Shown one piece after another: positions 12,001-24,500 of a stretch of 64,000 bases of DNA. The position numbers and the translations under genes are program-made. Position 1 is the stretch's first letter. The number at the start of each line of letters is the position of its first letter. The stretch is from Bispira polyomma (taxonomy: Eukaryota): the NCBI GenBank assembly GCA_965649765.1, contig OZ287753.1, positions 20,088,001 to 20,152,000 on the forward strand. The letters are read 5' to 3'. Under the pieces are notes generated by a model that saw only the letters and a program-made list of their open reading frames with translations, did no database searches and was not told the DNA's origin.

Positions 12001-13289
12001 CTGCCTTTGTTGTCAAAGATATAATGTTGTTTGAAATCAATGAAAGTGCAGTCTTAGTCAGCTATGGCCCGGAAGGTCCTGGTGAATTTGTGACTAATAG
12101 GTATATCTTTTATGACTTCACTTCCAACAAGAAGTCCAAAGAAATGAATGTGTCCAGGAGGCTTGAAGATGTCTCTTGTGATGGCAAATTTGGTGTGGAT
12201 ACCAGCCTAACTGTTTATGTATTGGAAACTGGAATAGTGTTTTCTCAAATAGCCATGAATAGACAACAGATAGACTTTGGGGGTGTAATTGAAAGAAGAA
12301 TCAGATACACAGATGCTGCCATGGCAAATGAAAGGAGAGCAAGAATTAGTGATGATAACAAATATCTTGTGTATATAAATGCCAATGAAGGAACTCTTCA
12401 TGTGGTAGGTATTGGTAGAAATCAGTTGAAACCTTTGACCTCGTGTTATATGCATGCCCAAGCGATACTTGCTGATCATGGATTTTCCCTCCGGCATCAT
12501 GGCACTGTACTTCTTCTGAAAACTGGTAAAAATATTATGCCAATGGCTCTTGCGCAAGACAAAAATCGTGGCTATTCCTACGAATCAGAATATGAAAGAG
12601 CTCGTTCAATTGTTGCAAGTACAACTTGGAAAAGTTTTCCAAAAGTCGAGAAAGTGAAACTTCCCAGTGTGTTCGAACAAAGGAAACTGTTTATGCAACA
12701 GGAGGACAGTGTTAAGCAGAAAGAAATGTCAAAGAACTTGGATAAATACAGCAGCAAACCATCAGTACTTGTGCTGGGAGAACCTGTTCTTTGCTCTAAT
12801 ATATTCAACAGCGACTGGTTTTCGCCAAACCTGAACACTCAGAAAATGAGTGTTCAAAACGTTGACGATGCCTTTGAAAAACTGAAAGCAGACTCGGCCA
12901 CATACGATGTAATGATTCTACAGCTTATTACGGAAGATGTGACTATGTATGATGTTCCCGTTTGTGTGAAGAAAGTGAGTGTCATCATAGAACTGGCTCG
13001 ACAGAAGGCCCGAATAGTAGTGCTGTCTTATGCTCCCCTAAGGGCAGACAGTAAGGAACTCAGTGACAAAATCACCGAAGTCAATGACAAACTAGGTGCC
13101 ATCTATGTCTCCTCGTGTGGAGAAGGTAGACAACTGCACATATGTAAGAACAGCAATCTCAGTGAAGGAGGCAAACAGGTAGCAAGGTTCTTCAAAGACG
13201 GTGTGCAGCTATCACCAGCAGGACTGAAGAAAATAAGTGAGAACTTTAAGCATGTCTTGGCACCGTTACTGGGTCTTCACCATATATAA
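2806..13289 (+). CDS. NWD1/NWD2-like: NACHT and WD-repeat (NWD1/NWD2-like) STAND protein, paralog A; 7 coding exons, ~2554 aa; DUF4062-NACHT-beta-propeller-SGNH-like
   Basis: Exons 2806-4240, 4937-5025, 5426-5542, 5756-5950, 6492-6636, 7008-10567, 11166-13289 are all GT-AG and phase-consistent (7665 nt). Motifs: RIFVSSTFTD..ERNALM..YPKL..GLDFQIVDMRWG (DUF4062); Walker A GKSGCGKTS (7595-7621); Walker B LLILDSVDQL; GLSETELEHILSLDD; LYWYHRQF; YNKRKLSELPYHLL. Confidence 0.9.
4937..5025 (+). CDS. Paralog A exon 2 (DUF4062)
   Basis: tttcag|..DTKEERNALMQYVYPKLSDYCRERHGLDFQ|gtatg. Confidence 0.9.
5426..5542 (+). CDS. Paralog A exon 3 (DUF4062)
   Basis: tacag|IVDMRWG...VGPNFM|gtaatg. Confidence 0.9.
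5756..5950 (+). CDS. Paralog A exon 4
   Basis: ccag|AIVGDKYGYRP...WYKKDTNAVP...HYNNL|gtgaga. Confidence 0.9.
5992..6034. repeat. (TA)n microsatellite
   Basis: Direct read. Confidence 0.95.
6492..6636 (+). CDS. Paralog A exon 5
   Basis: ttag|ENAELRYEAWNQW...LFYMS G|gtaaac; same 145-nt length as the paralog B exon. Confidence 0.85.
7008..10567 (+). CDS. Paralog A exon 6 (NACHT, helical/winged-helix region, propeller)
   Basis: tttag|(V)TENEI...LQE|gtatgt inside ORF 6938-10585. Confidence 0.92.
11166..13289 (+). CDS. Paralog A exon 7 (propeller plus SGNH-like C-terminal domain)
   Basis: tttttacag|IGD... to TAA; phase 0 matches the exon 6 donor. Confidence 0.88.
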   Translation: MGDISTAANTDRIASARSRSKEAVAKYYTPDGYRVLHLHKKAQVIDTVQQDIIYTPKPGDTIARSFTANDGTVVNENVAIPDMSSKFHSGNRLADSSMEKMDRAMKFSGKNMERENIKGELLKPILSEKNLANTINLRQGDRIVNENNRIKFRMTTETEGQIEVMVVPSVITVYAVEDLKLKKLQRITVYHEVVLDISNSYMATSKTNTLGHFVKVYEQASAKSLAVHEMAFACECARFSSEQEHLFVVDRSLTVKQMLGPQFTGVLRKFSLMDQELSAAFVVKDIMLFEINESAVLVSYGPEGPGEFVTNRYIFYDFTSNKKSKEMNVSRRLEDVSCDGKFGVDTSLTVYVLETGIVFSQIAMNRQQIDFGGVIERRIRYTDAAMANERRARISDDNKYLVYINANEGTLHVVGIGRNQLKPLTSCYMHAQAILADHGFSLRHHGTVLLLKTGKNIMPMALAQDKNRGYSYESEYERARSIVASTTWKSFPKVEKVKLPSVFEQRKLFMQQEDSVKQKEMSKNLDKYSSKPSVLVLGEPVLCSNIFNSDWFSPNLNTQKMSVQNVDDAFEKLKADSATYDVMILQLITEDVTMYDVPVCVKKVSVIIELARQKARIVVLSYAPLRADSKELSDKITEVNDKLGAIYVSSCGEGRQLHICKNSNLSEGGKQVARFFKDGVQLSPAGLKKISENFKHVLAPLLGLHHI

Positions 13290-15157
13290 TTATTATGAAG
13301 CAAAAATATCGTACATGGGATATCTAAAAAATTAAATAATATATTGAAAAAGAAAATATCTCAAACTTCAGCTAATATCTTTAGAAAATTTTCAAAATAT
13401 TTAAAAATATGATTATGGTATAGTATGAGTACCTATTATTATTTTTTAAATAGTAACTCTACTTGTAATTTGTATGCACATGTAGCAAATATATGTGGTA
13501 TATATTGTTAAAATCAGTGTTCATATATGTTTGTCAATATTTGTTAACTCAGTTAAGTGTAAAATTCATGTATATAGAGTGCCTCATAAGTCCAACTTAA
13601 TGTTTTCAATATATGTATACAACACTGTAATTACAGGTGGCACTATAATAAGTTACTTTCTCTCTATTTATAAGATACAGGTTGCAGAATAATATGTCAC
13701 AGGTGTAATTTGTATTAATGAGCAAATGTTAATGTATAATTATAGAAATGTTTAATAAAACATTAGAAAGTCATTTTTGAGCCAACACGTGTTGACAACT
13801 AACCTCCTTTATCTAGAAGCTAGTCACGTTATAATAATATGCAGACATTTATATAGATTTAACTTTTATGTTTTCTTTAATACATTTAAAACCTAATAAA
13901 TGAATTTTTTTTTGTGTACTTTAGAGGTATTAAGTTTTGTATGTGTACATTTAAAATCTAATAAATGAATGATATTTTTGTGTGTGTAGTATTGCATCCA
14001 ATTATTCCAATATAGTTGTATAGTATATATTTTTTCTATACGAGTATATGCCTATTCTAATGCCAGCCCTAGAGAAAATAAAATTCGATATTGCTCTGTC
14101 CCTTCATATTAAATATTAGTTGCAATTTATTTCAAGCCATCTGTAAAATATCATAATGTCCTAAACAAAGAATATAAATCTTTAGAATATTCTACCAAAT
14201 ATTACTTGAGTTGTTCTCTCAAAATATTTAACCAAAAAGTATGTAAACAAGCCATTTCAAGGCATTGGACCTGCTGCTTTAGATAATGTAGAAGTTGTTT
14301 TCTCAAGTATGTGTATTGTTAGCTCATTTATGTGGAGTTTTTTAAATTTTGATTGACAAATATGAACTCCCGCCGACACCATCTGATGAAGTTCTGAAAG
14401 TCATAACTCCAAGGTCAAAAGGTCAGACTAAGGTCCATATACAGGATAGAAGTACTATGTTACATATATGTGACTGTGGTCTAGTAGCTAACGCACTTGC
14501 CTGGACAAAAACAGAGGACCTGGGTTCAATGTCAGGCTGGGGCTCCCAGGTACAGGAAGATTTTATAGTGGCCGTCATGACTATTTAGAATGACAGTCCT
14601 CTGTTATTGGGTCCTATCCCCCAACAGTATCCCCTGTCTACCAGGACAATGAGACTGGACAACATTCTGAGAGTTATTTTACTCACAATGTTGTGAGAAC
14701 CATCATTTCACATCATATGTGACACTGGGAGGATACAACATTGACAAGCACAAAATCGCCTCTTAATTATTGAAATAAATGAATTCCAAATTGACTCATT
14801 GAGGTTGTTCATCTAGACCCCCTACGAAATATATGAATTATACTGAGAGAATGTTTAGGTAATTGTTTGTTTAAAGTCAACCTCAAGGTCAAAGACAATG
14901 GTGCTATAAATATTAAGCAAATATATGTGCAAATCCCATTTTTTTAAAGAGTTTTAGTCTAGATAAAGTACCCCCTTGTCTACCAGGGCAATCGGCGGGG
15001 AGAACCATATGTGGTAAAAACTACAGGAGATACAACACCTTGAGTCAGTTAATATAAAAATTAAACCTCTCTCTGAACCTTGGGTCTAGATTTAAACCTA
15101 TTTTCAGTTTAAGCTTGCTTTCAACAACTGCGTATTATCACATGATTAGAAGTTAAC

Positions 15158-15335
15158 TGGTGGAGGAAATCAGTACAGGGTATAGTTGGTCAAGGTTTTT
15201 GTGCAGTAAAAACCCTAGCCTTCAGTAAGTAGTCTACAAACTTTGTCACACAGACACTGGGACCGAGGATTTAACCCCTACTTCAGAGGTGGGAGATGGA
15301 AATGTGTTACCACAACTACACCACCAAGTCCCCCC
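15158..15335 (-). mobile_element. Degenerate SINE of the same family
   Basis: Shares TGGAGGAAA..AGTTG(G/A)TCAAGGTT..CAGAGGTG(G/A)GAGA with the 41180-41388 copy. Confidence 0.55.
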
Positions 15336-17391
15336 GTCACGATTACCACTGAACCTTTGACATTATAGTCTTTCAAATAGGAAGCCATTTGACAAATTTC
15401 GAATTGACTGGATCAAGTATTGCAGATTTCACCAGATAATTCGAGATTTTCGTGACATTTCATTAATTGTCCATTGAAGTTAATTCCGCCAAGAATTTAT
15501 ATGTATTGTTACACTATTGGAATTCTTTGTAGAATTGTCCCTGCTTCAGTAGGCTTTCTTTCCAAATTGATTTTCAAATTCATGACTTGCACATTATTCA
15601 AAAATTTAAGACAAGCGAGAATTGTTGCTTTCAGATGCGGTGGAAAAGAATATTTCGTTGCCGAATACAACGATAAAATGTGAATATAATTATCAAATAG
15701 GCTATTTAAGCAAAATATTGTCCGAAGAAACATCTGGCACAGATTTTTAATTCATTCTTAGTAAGGCGTAAAGTGTTCAATTGATCATTCCAGTTTTACC
15801 TCATCAAATAATCGACTATAAACTCCTTTTTATTAGTTTTACGTTGCAATCTTAATTAATGTTGAAAATAAAGGATATTTTAAAGCTCTGCCTGCTTCTC
15901 TAAATAATTATATTTTATTAAATAATCTATTTACTATTGTGACACAGTAAAACATATTCTAAACGAAGAAGATATAATACACAGCCATAAAAGGCTTATT
16001 TGTCACTATTAATCATAAGAACGAGCAAGTAACATATTTCTGATACAAGGTCAACCGATAATTTGATTATTATTCGAGAATCTGATCCAAAATATGTAAG
16101 AGTTTTCTTTATACCCAATTTATTAGAACTATTGACTCGAATACTATCTATACACAACAACACCAAAACAACGTCATAGATTTCCTCATAACTATTAACA
16201 AGTATAGGCCCTTTTATGTGTGGATATTGTGTAATTACTTTGATCCAGAGAGGACTTGTCAAATAGATCAATGATACCAGTACTTCTCCTGGCTTACTTG
16301 GAAACGTGTGTATTATTTTTTGTGTGTACATTCAGTACTATGCATAGCAGAAGTACATATATAAAGCCGGTGAAAAATACAGGAATGATGGAAAACTTGT
16401 GTTAAAACTCTCCTAAGTTTATAAGCGAAATTAAAGGAATATTCATGGCAAGTATAAATTTAACAAATACCTTCAAGGCATTCAGTTGTATATGTTAACA
16501 ATTGTTAATAGAAATATGAATAAACATATATATATAGGTCACATGACGTCACTTTTGTAAGAATTTTAGTTATAGACGGCACAGTCATTGTAATATGACA
16601 ATAAATGGTAGCTGGCTTTACTTGTCACATCTCACAAAATATATCTTTATTTTAATGTTTTATAATTGTCCACATAAGAATAAATGTTGGGACAGTATTA
16701 TATGACTATCAATTGTAGTAACATTGTGGTATATGTACAATACCAGGCATTATATAATAAGGTGCAAATATTCATGTCGATTTTTTGATGGAATTAGATC
16801 TAGTATCATATATAAGCTGTATATAGTTAAGAAAGAACGACAAAAGTCTGTATTACATTAATTATATTAATTCTGATTCGGATTTCTGTTAACATAAAAC
16901 ATATTCTTCAGATAAATTGTGTTCTGGACTAATCTGTTCGTCCTTTTTATTCAAACATTTGATTATATGAATTTTATCAATGGACAAATATCTACATCAC
17001 TAGGTTATTATTGTACTTAACTTATTAAAAGTCGCGGAGAAATAGAGATGTCTTAATTTCAGTAAAGTGAGAGAACATGACATAAGTTAAAAAAATTTCA
17101 TATTTCAAAATTGACAAGTGGGTCTTCTCTTATGAAAATAATTATAAAGAAAATATAATAGAAAAGGTTTTTAACTGTGATAATCTTACATCATCTTTTG
17201 GAAAAGTGAATAATGTTTTTTAAATATTTTACTTACAGGTACAAAATATCTAAACCCATAAGGATCATGATAACCAGATCTGCAATAATACCTTTCTTTT
17301 TGCAGAAAAGATGCTGTGTTTTAAAATTTAGCTTGGCAGTTCAATATAAAATGCCATTGAAGGACAACTGGGAGACGGATCACGGTTGAAG

Positions 17392-18553
17392 ATGGATACA
17401 GTGTCTGAGGATAAACACCCTGTACATAGTGCTGAAGAAAGGATAAACAAAGATAAAGGGAAAAGAGATGACCATGTCAAAGAGATAGATACTCCAAAAG
17501 TTGATAAAGACATAGGTGTTAGTATAGAAGTCAGTGAACCTGATCTAGAGATCAATGGTATAGAAACTGTACAGACAAAAGAAGAGCTTCAACCAGATAC
17601 TCCAAAGGTTGGTGGTGATACAGGTGTTGGTAAAGAAGTCAGTGAACGTGAACTGGAGATCAGTGGTGTAGAAACTGTACAGACGAAAGAACAGCTTCAA
17701 CCTAATACTCCAAAGGTTGGTGGTGATACAGGTGCTGGTAAAGAAGTCAGTGAACATGAACTGAATATCAGTGGTGTAGAAACTGTACAGACAAAAGAAC
17801 AGCTTCAACCAGATACTCCAAAGGTTGGTGGTGATACAGGTGCTGGTAAAAATATCAGTGAACGTGAACTGAAGATCAGTGGTGTAGAAACTGTACAGGC
17901 GAAAGAAGAGCTTCAACCAGATACTCCAAAGGTTGGTGGTAATACAGGTGTCGGTAAAGAAGTCAGTGAACATGAACTGGAGATCAGTGGTGTAGAAACT
18001 GTACAGAGAATAGAGCACCTTCAACCAGGTTTGGATCAGCCAGAACTAGAGAGTAAGGAGCAGTTCAATGAACAAAGAGCATCTTCTGAATATAAAACAG
18101 AGATTACTAAGGAAAATGACAAAGAAGAAAAGGTTGGGATTACAAATGAAACAGAGATAACAAGAGAAAAGATGGCCATGAAAGATAGTGAAAGTAAAGC
18201 AAAGACGAAAGGTGATATAAAAATAGATATAGAGATGAACGATAAATTGGAAGATTTGGGTGATAAAAGAAGCAAAGGGTCTAGAGGAGACATTGCGACT
18301 AATAACAGGGTGGCCAAGGCAGTAGATATGGACATTCCTTCTCGGGACATTACTGCAACCCTGCCGGTACCCAAGGAACAAAAAACTGGTAGGGATAATG
18401 GAAAGAATGAAGACTTAGAAGTAAACCAAGAGAACCAGGCAAGGGTTATTGCACCAGAGATCCTCAAAGTTCTGACTGGTCTTTGTCCATTTGATGAGCT
18501 CCCACCGTTGCCAAAGAAAGTCGTCAGGATATTCGTCAGTTCTACGTTTACGG
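17392..18553 (+). CDS. Paralog B exon 1
   Basis: First in-frame ATG after the in-frame TAA at 17347; ends SSTFT G|GTCAGT. Confidence 0.85.
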
Positions 18554-21500
18554 GTCAGTAGTGTCCTGAGATTACTATATGTTTAGTTTGTGAGCCTTTG
18601 TCATGTTGTATTCCTCAGTAACCAGTCCCCACAGTATGAGCTAATGAACCATAAAGCCCACAAATACTGTAAAAATGGGCATTTTAGCTGGGAGGACATT
18701 TCTCTAAATTACAATTTTTCAGATATTTATATGATCCTTTCTGACCTCAGCAGTAAACGTTTTATAGATTGCGGTTTATATCAATTAAATATTTATCGCA
18801 CAGTTCACATTTTCCCCTCTGCTATCCCAGTATATCTCTTTTTTTTGTGCCATTTCTTGATGTGACTTCCTTTCCCAGGCAAGTATTCATATTGGTAAAT
18901 GTTTTTAGGTAAACAGCATTCATTTAAGTAAGGCATTGTGACATTATTATAATTATTATTGTAAACAGTTTTATAGTTGTACTTTGCTGTTTTACATAAA
19001 CACAATACATAGATGTAGTGGATTTATATTTGTGATCAGACACCAAAGAAGAAAGGAATGCTTTGATGCAGCATGTTTACCCAAAGTTGGCTGACTACTG
19101 CAGAGAAAAACATGGTTTAGAATTTCAGGTAAAATCTCTCAAGTTTATCAGTCTGCAACAAGAATTTACTGATCATTTGATCATAAGATAACCTTTATTT
19201 CTATAATTTAGCATTTAATGCCCATACTCTGTTCTCTAATGTCACATTTTTTGGCTTCTGACACTGTGACCGTGTTGTTAACACACTGGCTTTAGAATGC
19301 AGCCCAGTCTCCAGCTTCCTGACACAGGCAGTTACATAGTGGCTGGTTGGCTCTACTGGTTTAGGCATGAAAAGTTAAACTTAGAACTTTAAATCCCAGA
19401 TAGTAAGAAGATATGTGCACAGGAGTATTGATATCAGTACAAATGTATTTAAGATTTGCTTGTGAGATACAACAAATAACATCCCCTTTCAAAAGAAATA
19501 GATATCACTAATGTTGTTAAATCATGTGTGGGACATATAATTAGATGTTAATTTGAGAACAGTGGGTTTGACTCCCTCAGCTTCCTTCATTCGGGAAAGC
19601 TTGCCAAGGACTTGTCCTTGATTGATGGTTTCGCGTAAAAGTATGACTATTTTTTCCACCAATAAATCTGACTGTCACAATGTAACCAAATATACTCATA
19701 CATGACGTAAACTGAAATACATTCAAGTAACTTAATCACCTTCATTATTGTATCTACCACAAAATCTTAGTTGTTCAAGTCCTTTCATCTTGTAGTTCCT
19801 CGTAATATTTGATTATTATTAATAGCAGGCTGTTCAAAATGTTGTATACTAATTTGGTATCTGATGAATTCATAGGAATAGATATTTTTGGTTTCTTTTT
19901 GGATCGGTCATAAAATTTTATCTATGGTGAAATTTATGAAACTATGCTTTTATGATATGTGTATTTCTGCTTTCCACAGATAGTTGACATGCGTTGGGGA
20001 GTACCAGAGCAAGCCTCTGACAACCACACAACTTCAGAACTCTGTATACAGGAGATAAAGAAATGTCAAGAAGTCTCCGTGGGACCAAATTTTGTGGTAA
20101 TTTTAACGAATTAAGAATATTTAAATAATTAAAGAATAGCAGATGTAATACTCTTAATGGACTATAGATACTGAATTGAAGACTAGATCATAAGAGTTAC
20201 ATACATATATTATATGATATTCAAAAAAATATTTCATAGCTCAAACTTCCTCCAAATTTGCTCAAATAATTTAGCTATACTTATTTTGGGGTGGTATCTG
20301 GAGCCCTATTCACAAATATTTTAAGTGTAATTCTTAGTCTCACCATAAACAATTTCGTTTATTTTGCTTAGTATTTTTTTACTTGTTTTACAAGAATAAT
20401 TCTTTATTTAAAGAAGATTCTTAGAAAATGCAAAAAAAAATATAGAATGATTAAGAGAATTCCCTATTCTTAAAGAACTTTTAAAGTATATAGAATTGGC
20501 CAAAGTAATGCAATTTATCTTACTTTTATTATACATTACAATCATTCCCATATAAAAAAATGAATGTATTTATTTTGTGCACTCATTGTGCACATGGCAC
20601 ATAATGTGAAAAACGTGTAACTATATATTAAAAATAATATATTTGGTTATTGAATTTTAACAAAAAGACACACTTTACACTTTCGCATGTTAAAATTTCA
20701 TAGTGTTTAAATATATAATTAAAATTGCGCAAATATTATGACTGGGGCACTTCCATAAAGTGTGTTTGTACTTGAAAATAAAAAAAGAATAATTCTATGC
20801 TTAAAATAAAGTTAGAATGTTTGTGAATAGTCTTTCCTCATGTCCAGAATAATTCTATACAAAAGAAACAGAAACATTCTTATTCTTAGTAAAGAATCTT
20901 TGTGATTTGTGAACAGGACCCTTGATGTATATGAATTGTTCACCACATTTCAATCTCAAAAATGACAATGTATATAACTAGTGTTTTATATTTTAGGCAA
21001 TTGTAGGTGACAAGTATGGCTACAGACCAATACCAAGGTCTGTGGAGGAAGGCCTGTTCCAGACTCTGGCATCATCAGAAGTTGAAGGATGGCCGTTAGT
21101 TGAGGAGTGGTATAAGAAAGATACAAATGCAGTACCAGCTGTCTACATTCTTCAGCCAATCAGCTCAAAGATACAGAACCTAAACAACATGGTCAGTATA
21201 CAAAGAATTAAAACACTAAAAGACACTTTGTCAAATTTTTGATGCAACTTGGCCAAACAAGACCAAGATATGGTTTTGATAAAATTGTGATCAGAGGTTT
21301 GACTGTACAAACATTTGTGTATTGTAGACATTACAGTACTTTATCTTTGTAAAAACTAAGTGATCACATGCTAAAAAAGGCAGTTTTTTGTACTGGTTTG
21401 TCTGTACCTCCAGGGTTATAATCAGATGTAACTTTATTATTAATTTCAATTGTTTTTTGAAAGAAAAAAGAAAACAAAAGCAGATCTAGAATGTCTACCT

Positions 21501-24500
21501 TTATAAAGGTCATTTGGTCAAAATTTTATATCAGACAAACTGACTAAGGAACAGCTTTGATTAAAAAACAGGTCAGCTTACCAGTGATTTATGATTTCAT
21601 TTATCCTTATCTAAAGTTTTTCAAAACTCCATGGTATCCGATGTAATGATTCTGTGATTTTTACCCAATTATGTCAAAATGGGTGATGATTATAGTGATA
21701 AATTAATTGGCAAAATATGAACTAATGCAGGTTAACATATGGATTTTGGTTCTCACACTCATTTAGGAAAATGCAGAGTTAAGGCAGATAGCTTGGGACG
21801 AGTGGAGCAGAACCAGCCAGCAGTTATCTGTTGTACTAAGAAGAGCAGCAGATAGGTGTCATGAGGAGAGCAAAGTGAACTTGACACAGAAACAACTTTT
21901 TCATATGTCAGGTTAGGATTAACAAAATGTCAAATACTTGAATAACATTCATGGAAAGTTCAGATGACCTTCTACAGTATTTTTGTGGTCATTTAATTCA
22001 AAATATGACCATACAATATGTGTTAGACATAATACAGAAAAAATATAAAAATATAAAAAATGTACAAAATATAACTGATCTTATGAAGTTTCTGCAACTA
22101 GATAAAGGCAATATTTTGGCAGTTGTTTAAACAATAAGTATTTGATAAATTTAAATTATTTTATCATTAGTTTTTAAAGATCTTGCGATGCTTATTTGGT
22201 TAATCACAAATAACTGTTTTCATCAATTACAGTTACTGAGAATGAGATAACTGCTGGCATCACAGAAGGAAGAAGTGATCCATCTGAATCATGCTACTGC
22301 GTTATTAGAAAGATTTGTGATATTGAGCATCATTTAGGTGAGGTCAAGGCCCCAAGATTTATTGATGTGAATCAAGAAAAAGCTAAAGACGTGGAAGCAG
22401 TTACACTTCTGGACAATCTGAAAGAGCGTAAGGTAAAACATCACATTCCCCAGTCAAATGTAACAATGTTGGACATTGAGTGGTCAGCCAGTGGTGCTTG
22501 TATGTCACTGGAAAATTATCAGGATGTGAATGTTCTGAAGTATGCTCAAAAATTCTATAAGGAAAGGAAAATAGGATTGGCTAAGCATAAAGAATACATC
22601 GACAGCTTCTGCAATGAATTCTTTGCAAAGATACGTAGGCTAATCAGGGACGGGAGTATTAAACAGATGAAAATGTACAATGATTTGACTACAGAAATAC
22701 TGCAGCATTCCCATCTGGCTAAGATGAGATGCGATGTGTTCGAAGGAAGGGAAGACATTCTGTCTGAAACCAAGAACTATTTGAAAAAGAAAGATACTTC
22801 TTTCCCCTTGGTCATATATGGAAATTCTGGTTGTGGAAAAACATCGGTGATGGCTAAAGTGTATGAAAATGTCTCAAACAGGCAGGATACAAATTATCGC
22901 CATAACTGCTTCACGGTTGTGGCCAGATTTCTAGGAACTTCAACAAAGACATCGAATGTTCACCAGTTGCTAGTGTCCATGTGCATGCAACTTTCTATCA
23001 TATTTGAAACACCGTGGAAAGAACCACAACAGTTTTCAGAATTAGTGAAATCGTTTTATAGGTTGCTAGAAAATGCTACTCCTCTGCAGCCAATATTACT
23101 GCTCTTGGATTCCATAGACCAGCTTATGCCAGTTTACAATGCCTATAAACTCCACTGGCTCCCAGATGAATTTCCACCAAACGTAAAGCTCATTGCTTCA
23201 ACAATTGATGAAGGATACAATATACTTGGCGCATTTCAGGAAAAGTATGCATCTGTTGGTTTGAAAACAACACAAGTGAACCCACTTGGTGAAAAGCTTG
23301 GCTTAGAGATTATACTCAGGTGGTTAAAGAAAGACAGCCGGCAGGTTACTGATGGCCAGAGAACTACTGTTCAAGAAGTACTTACTAAGTGTAGTCTCCC
23401 GCTGTACGCTAGGATTGTCTATGACCATGTACGGTTGTGGAGATCATATGACATCCCAACAGTTGAGCAGTTAGACACAACAGTGAAAGGAGCCATTAAC
23501 AAACTGTTCCAGCAGATGGAGGATAAATTTGGAAAGCATCCTGTACAACATTGCCTGTCCTATCTCACTGCTTCTAGGTATGGTTTGAGTGAAGCAGAAC
23601 TGGAACATATCTTGTCTCTGGATGATATGCTTTTGAATAAGATATTCAGACTGTGGAACCCCCCAGTAAGAAGGATACCCCCCTTAATTTGGACACGGAT
23701 TCGCTCAGAAGTTCAGAGCTACATCGTTGAAAGGTCGGCAGATGATCAACTTGTGCTGTACTGGTATCATCGTCAGTTCATCTTGACAACAAAAAGCAGA
23801 TATCTTGCAGATAGTGTGTTTTCAAGACATATTACTGACACTCTGATTGAATACTTTAGTGGTAAATGGGGTGGTGGGAAAGAAAAACCTTTCATATACA
23901 CAAACTCCCAGATGAGGAGATTCGGACTGGATAAGCCTGAGAGTAAAGCCGACAGGAAAGTACCAAGTCAACCCTACTGGACTGAACACATCAGTTTTGG
24001 CAAGATGGAAACCAGATACAATAAAAGAAAATTGTCTGAGCTGCCATATCACTTACTTAAGAATAAAGACTATGAACAGCTTAAAGAACAAGCATTTTTT
24101 TCTTTTGAATGGCTTTTGGGGAAAATGAACAGTGCAAGTGTTCAACAGATGATTGAAGAAGTTGACATATTTATGAGAGCAGACAAAGTCATGAAACAAG
24201 ACCCAGAAACAAAATTGCTGTATGCAAATTTGCAACTTGTGAGGCCATATATCATAACATACCCAGACTCCCTTTCTTACGAGTTATCAGGAAGGTTAGC
24301 CAAATATGTTGGCAAATATCCACACATTACAAGTCTCATGAAGCAGTGTGACTGTATGGGTGTGAACTATTGCCCTTTGATACCATTAACAACATGCTTC
24401 GAAACAGCAAGTTTGGGTTTTCAACAAAACTTCAAATTTCGCTCTAAAGAACCGTGGCATGAAGGAGGAACTTTTACATGCTCGCCAAATTTTAAAACGC

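Noticed and set aside
11151-13289. Exon 7 ORFs (and 26324-28477) as stand-alone genes
   Set aside because: Each starts with a strong acceptor whose phase matches the upstream donor in both paralogs, so they are better explained as terminal exons.
14470-14550. tRNA-like sequence
   Set aside because: Degenerate boxes and no consistent acceptor stem; at most a SINE remnant.
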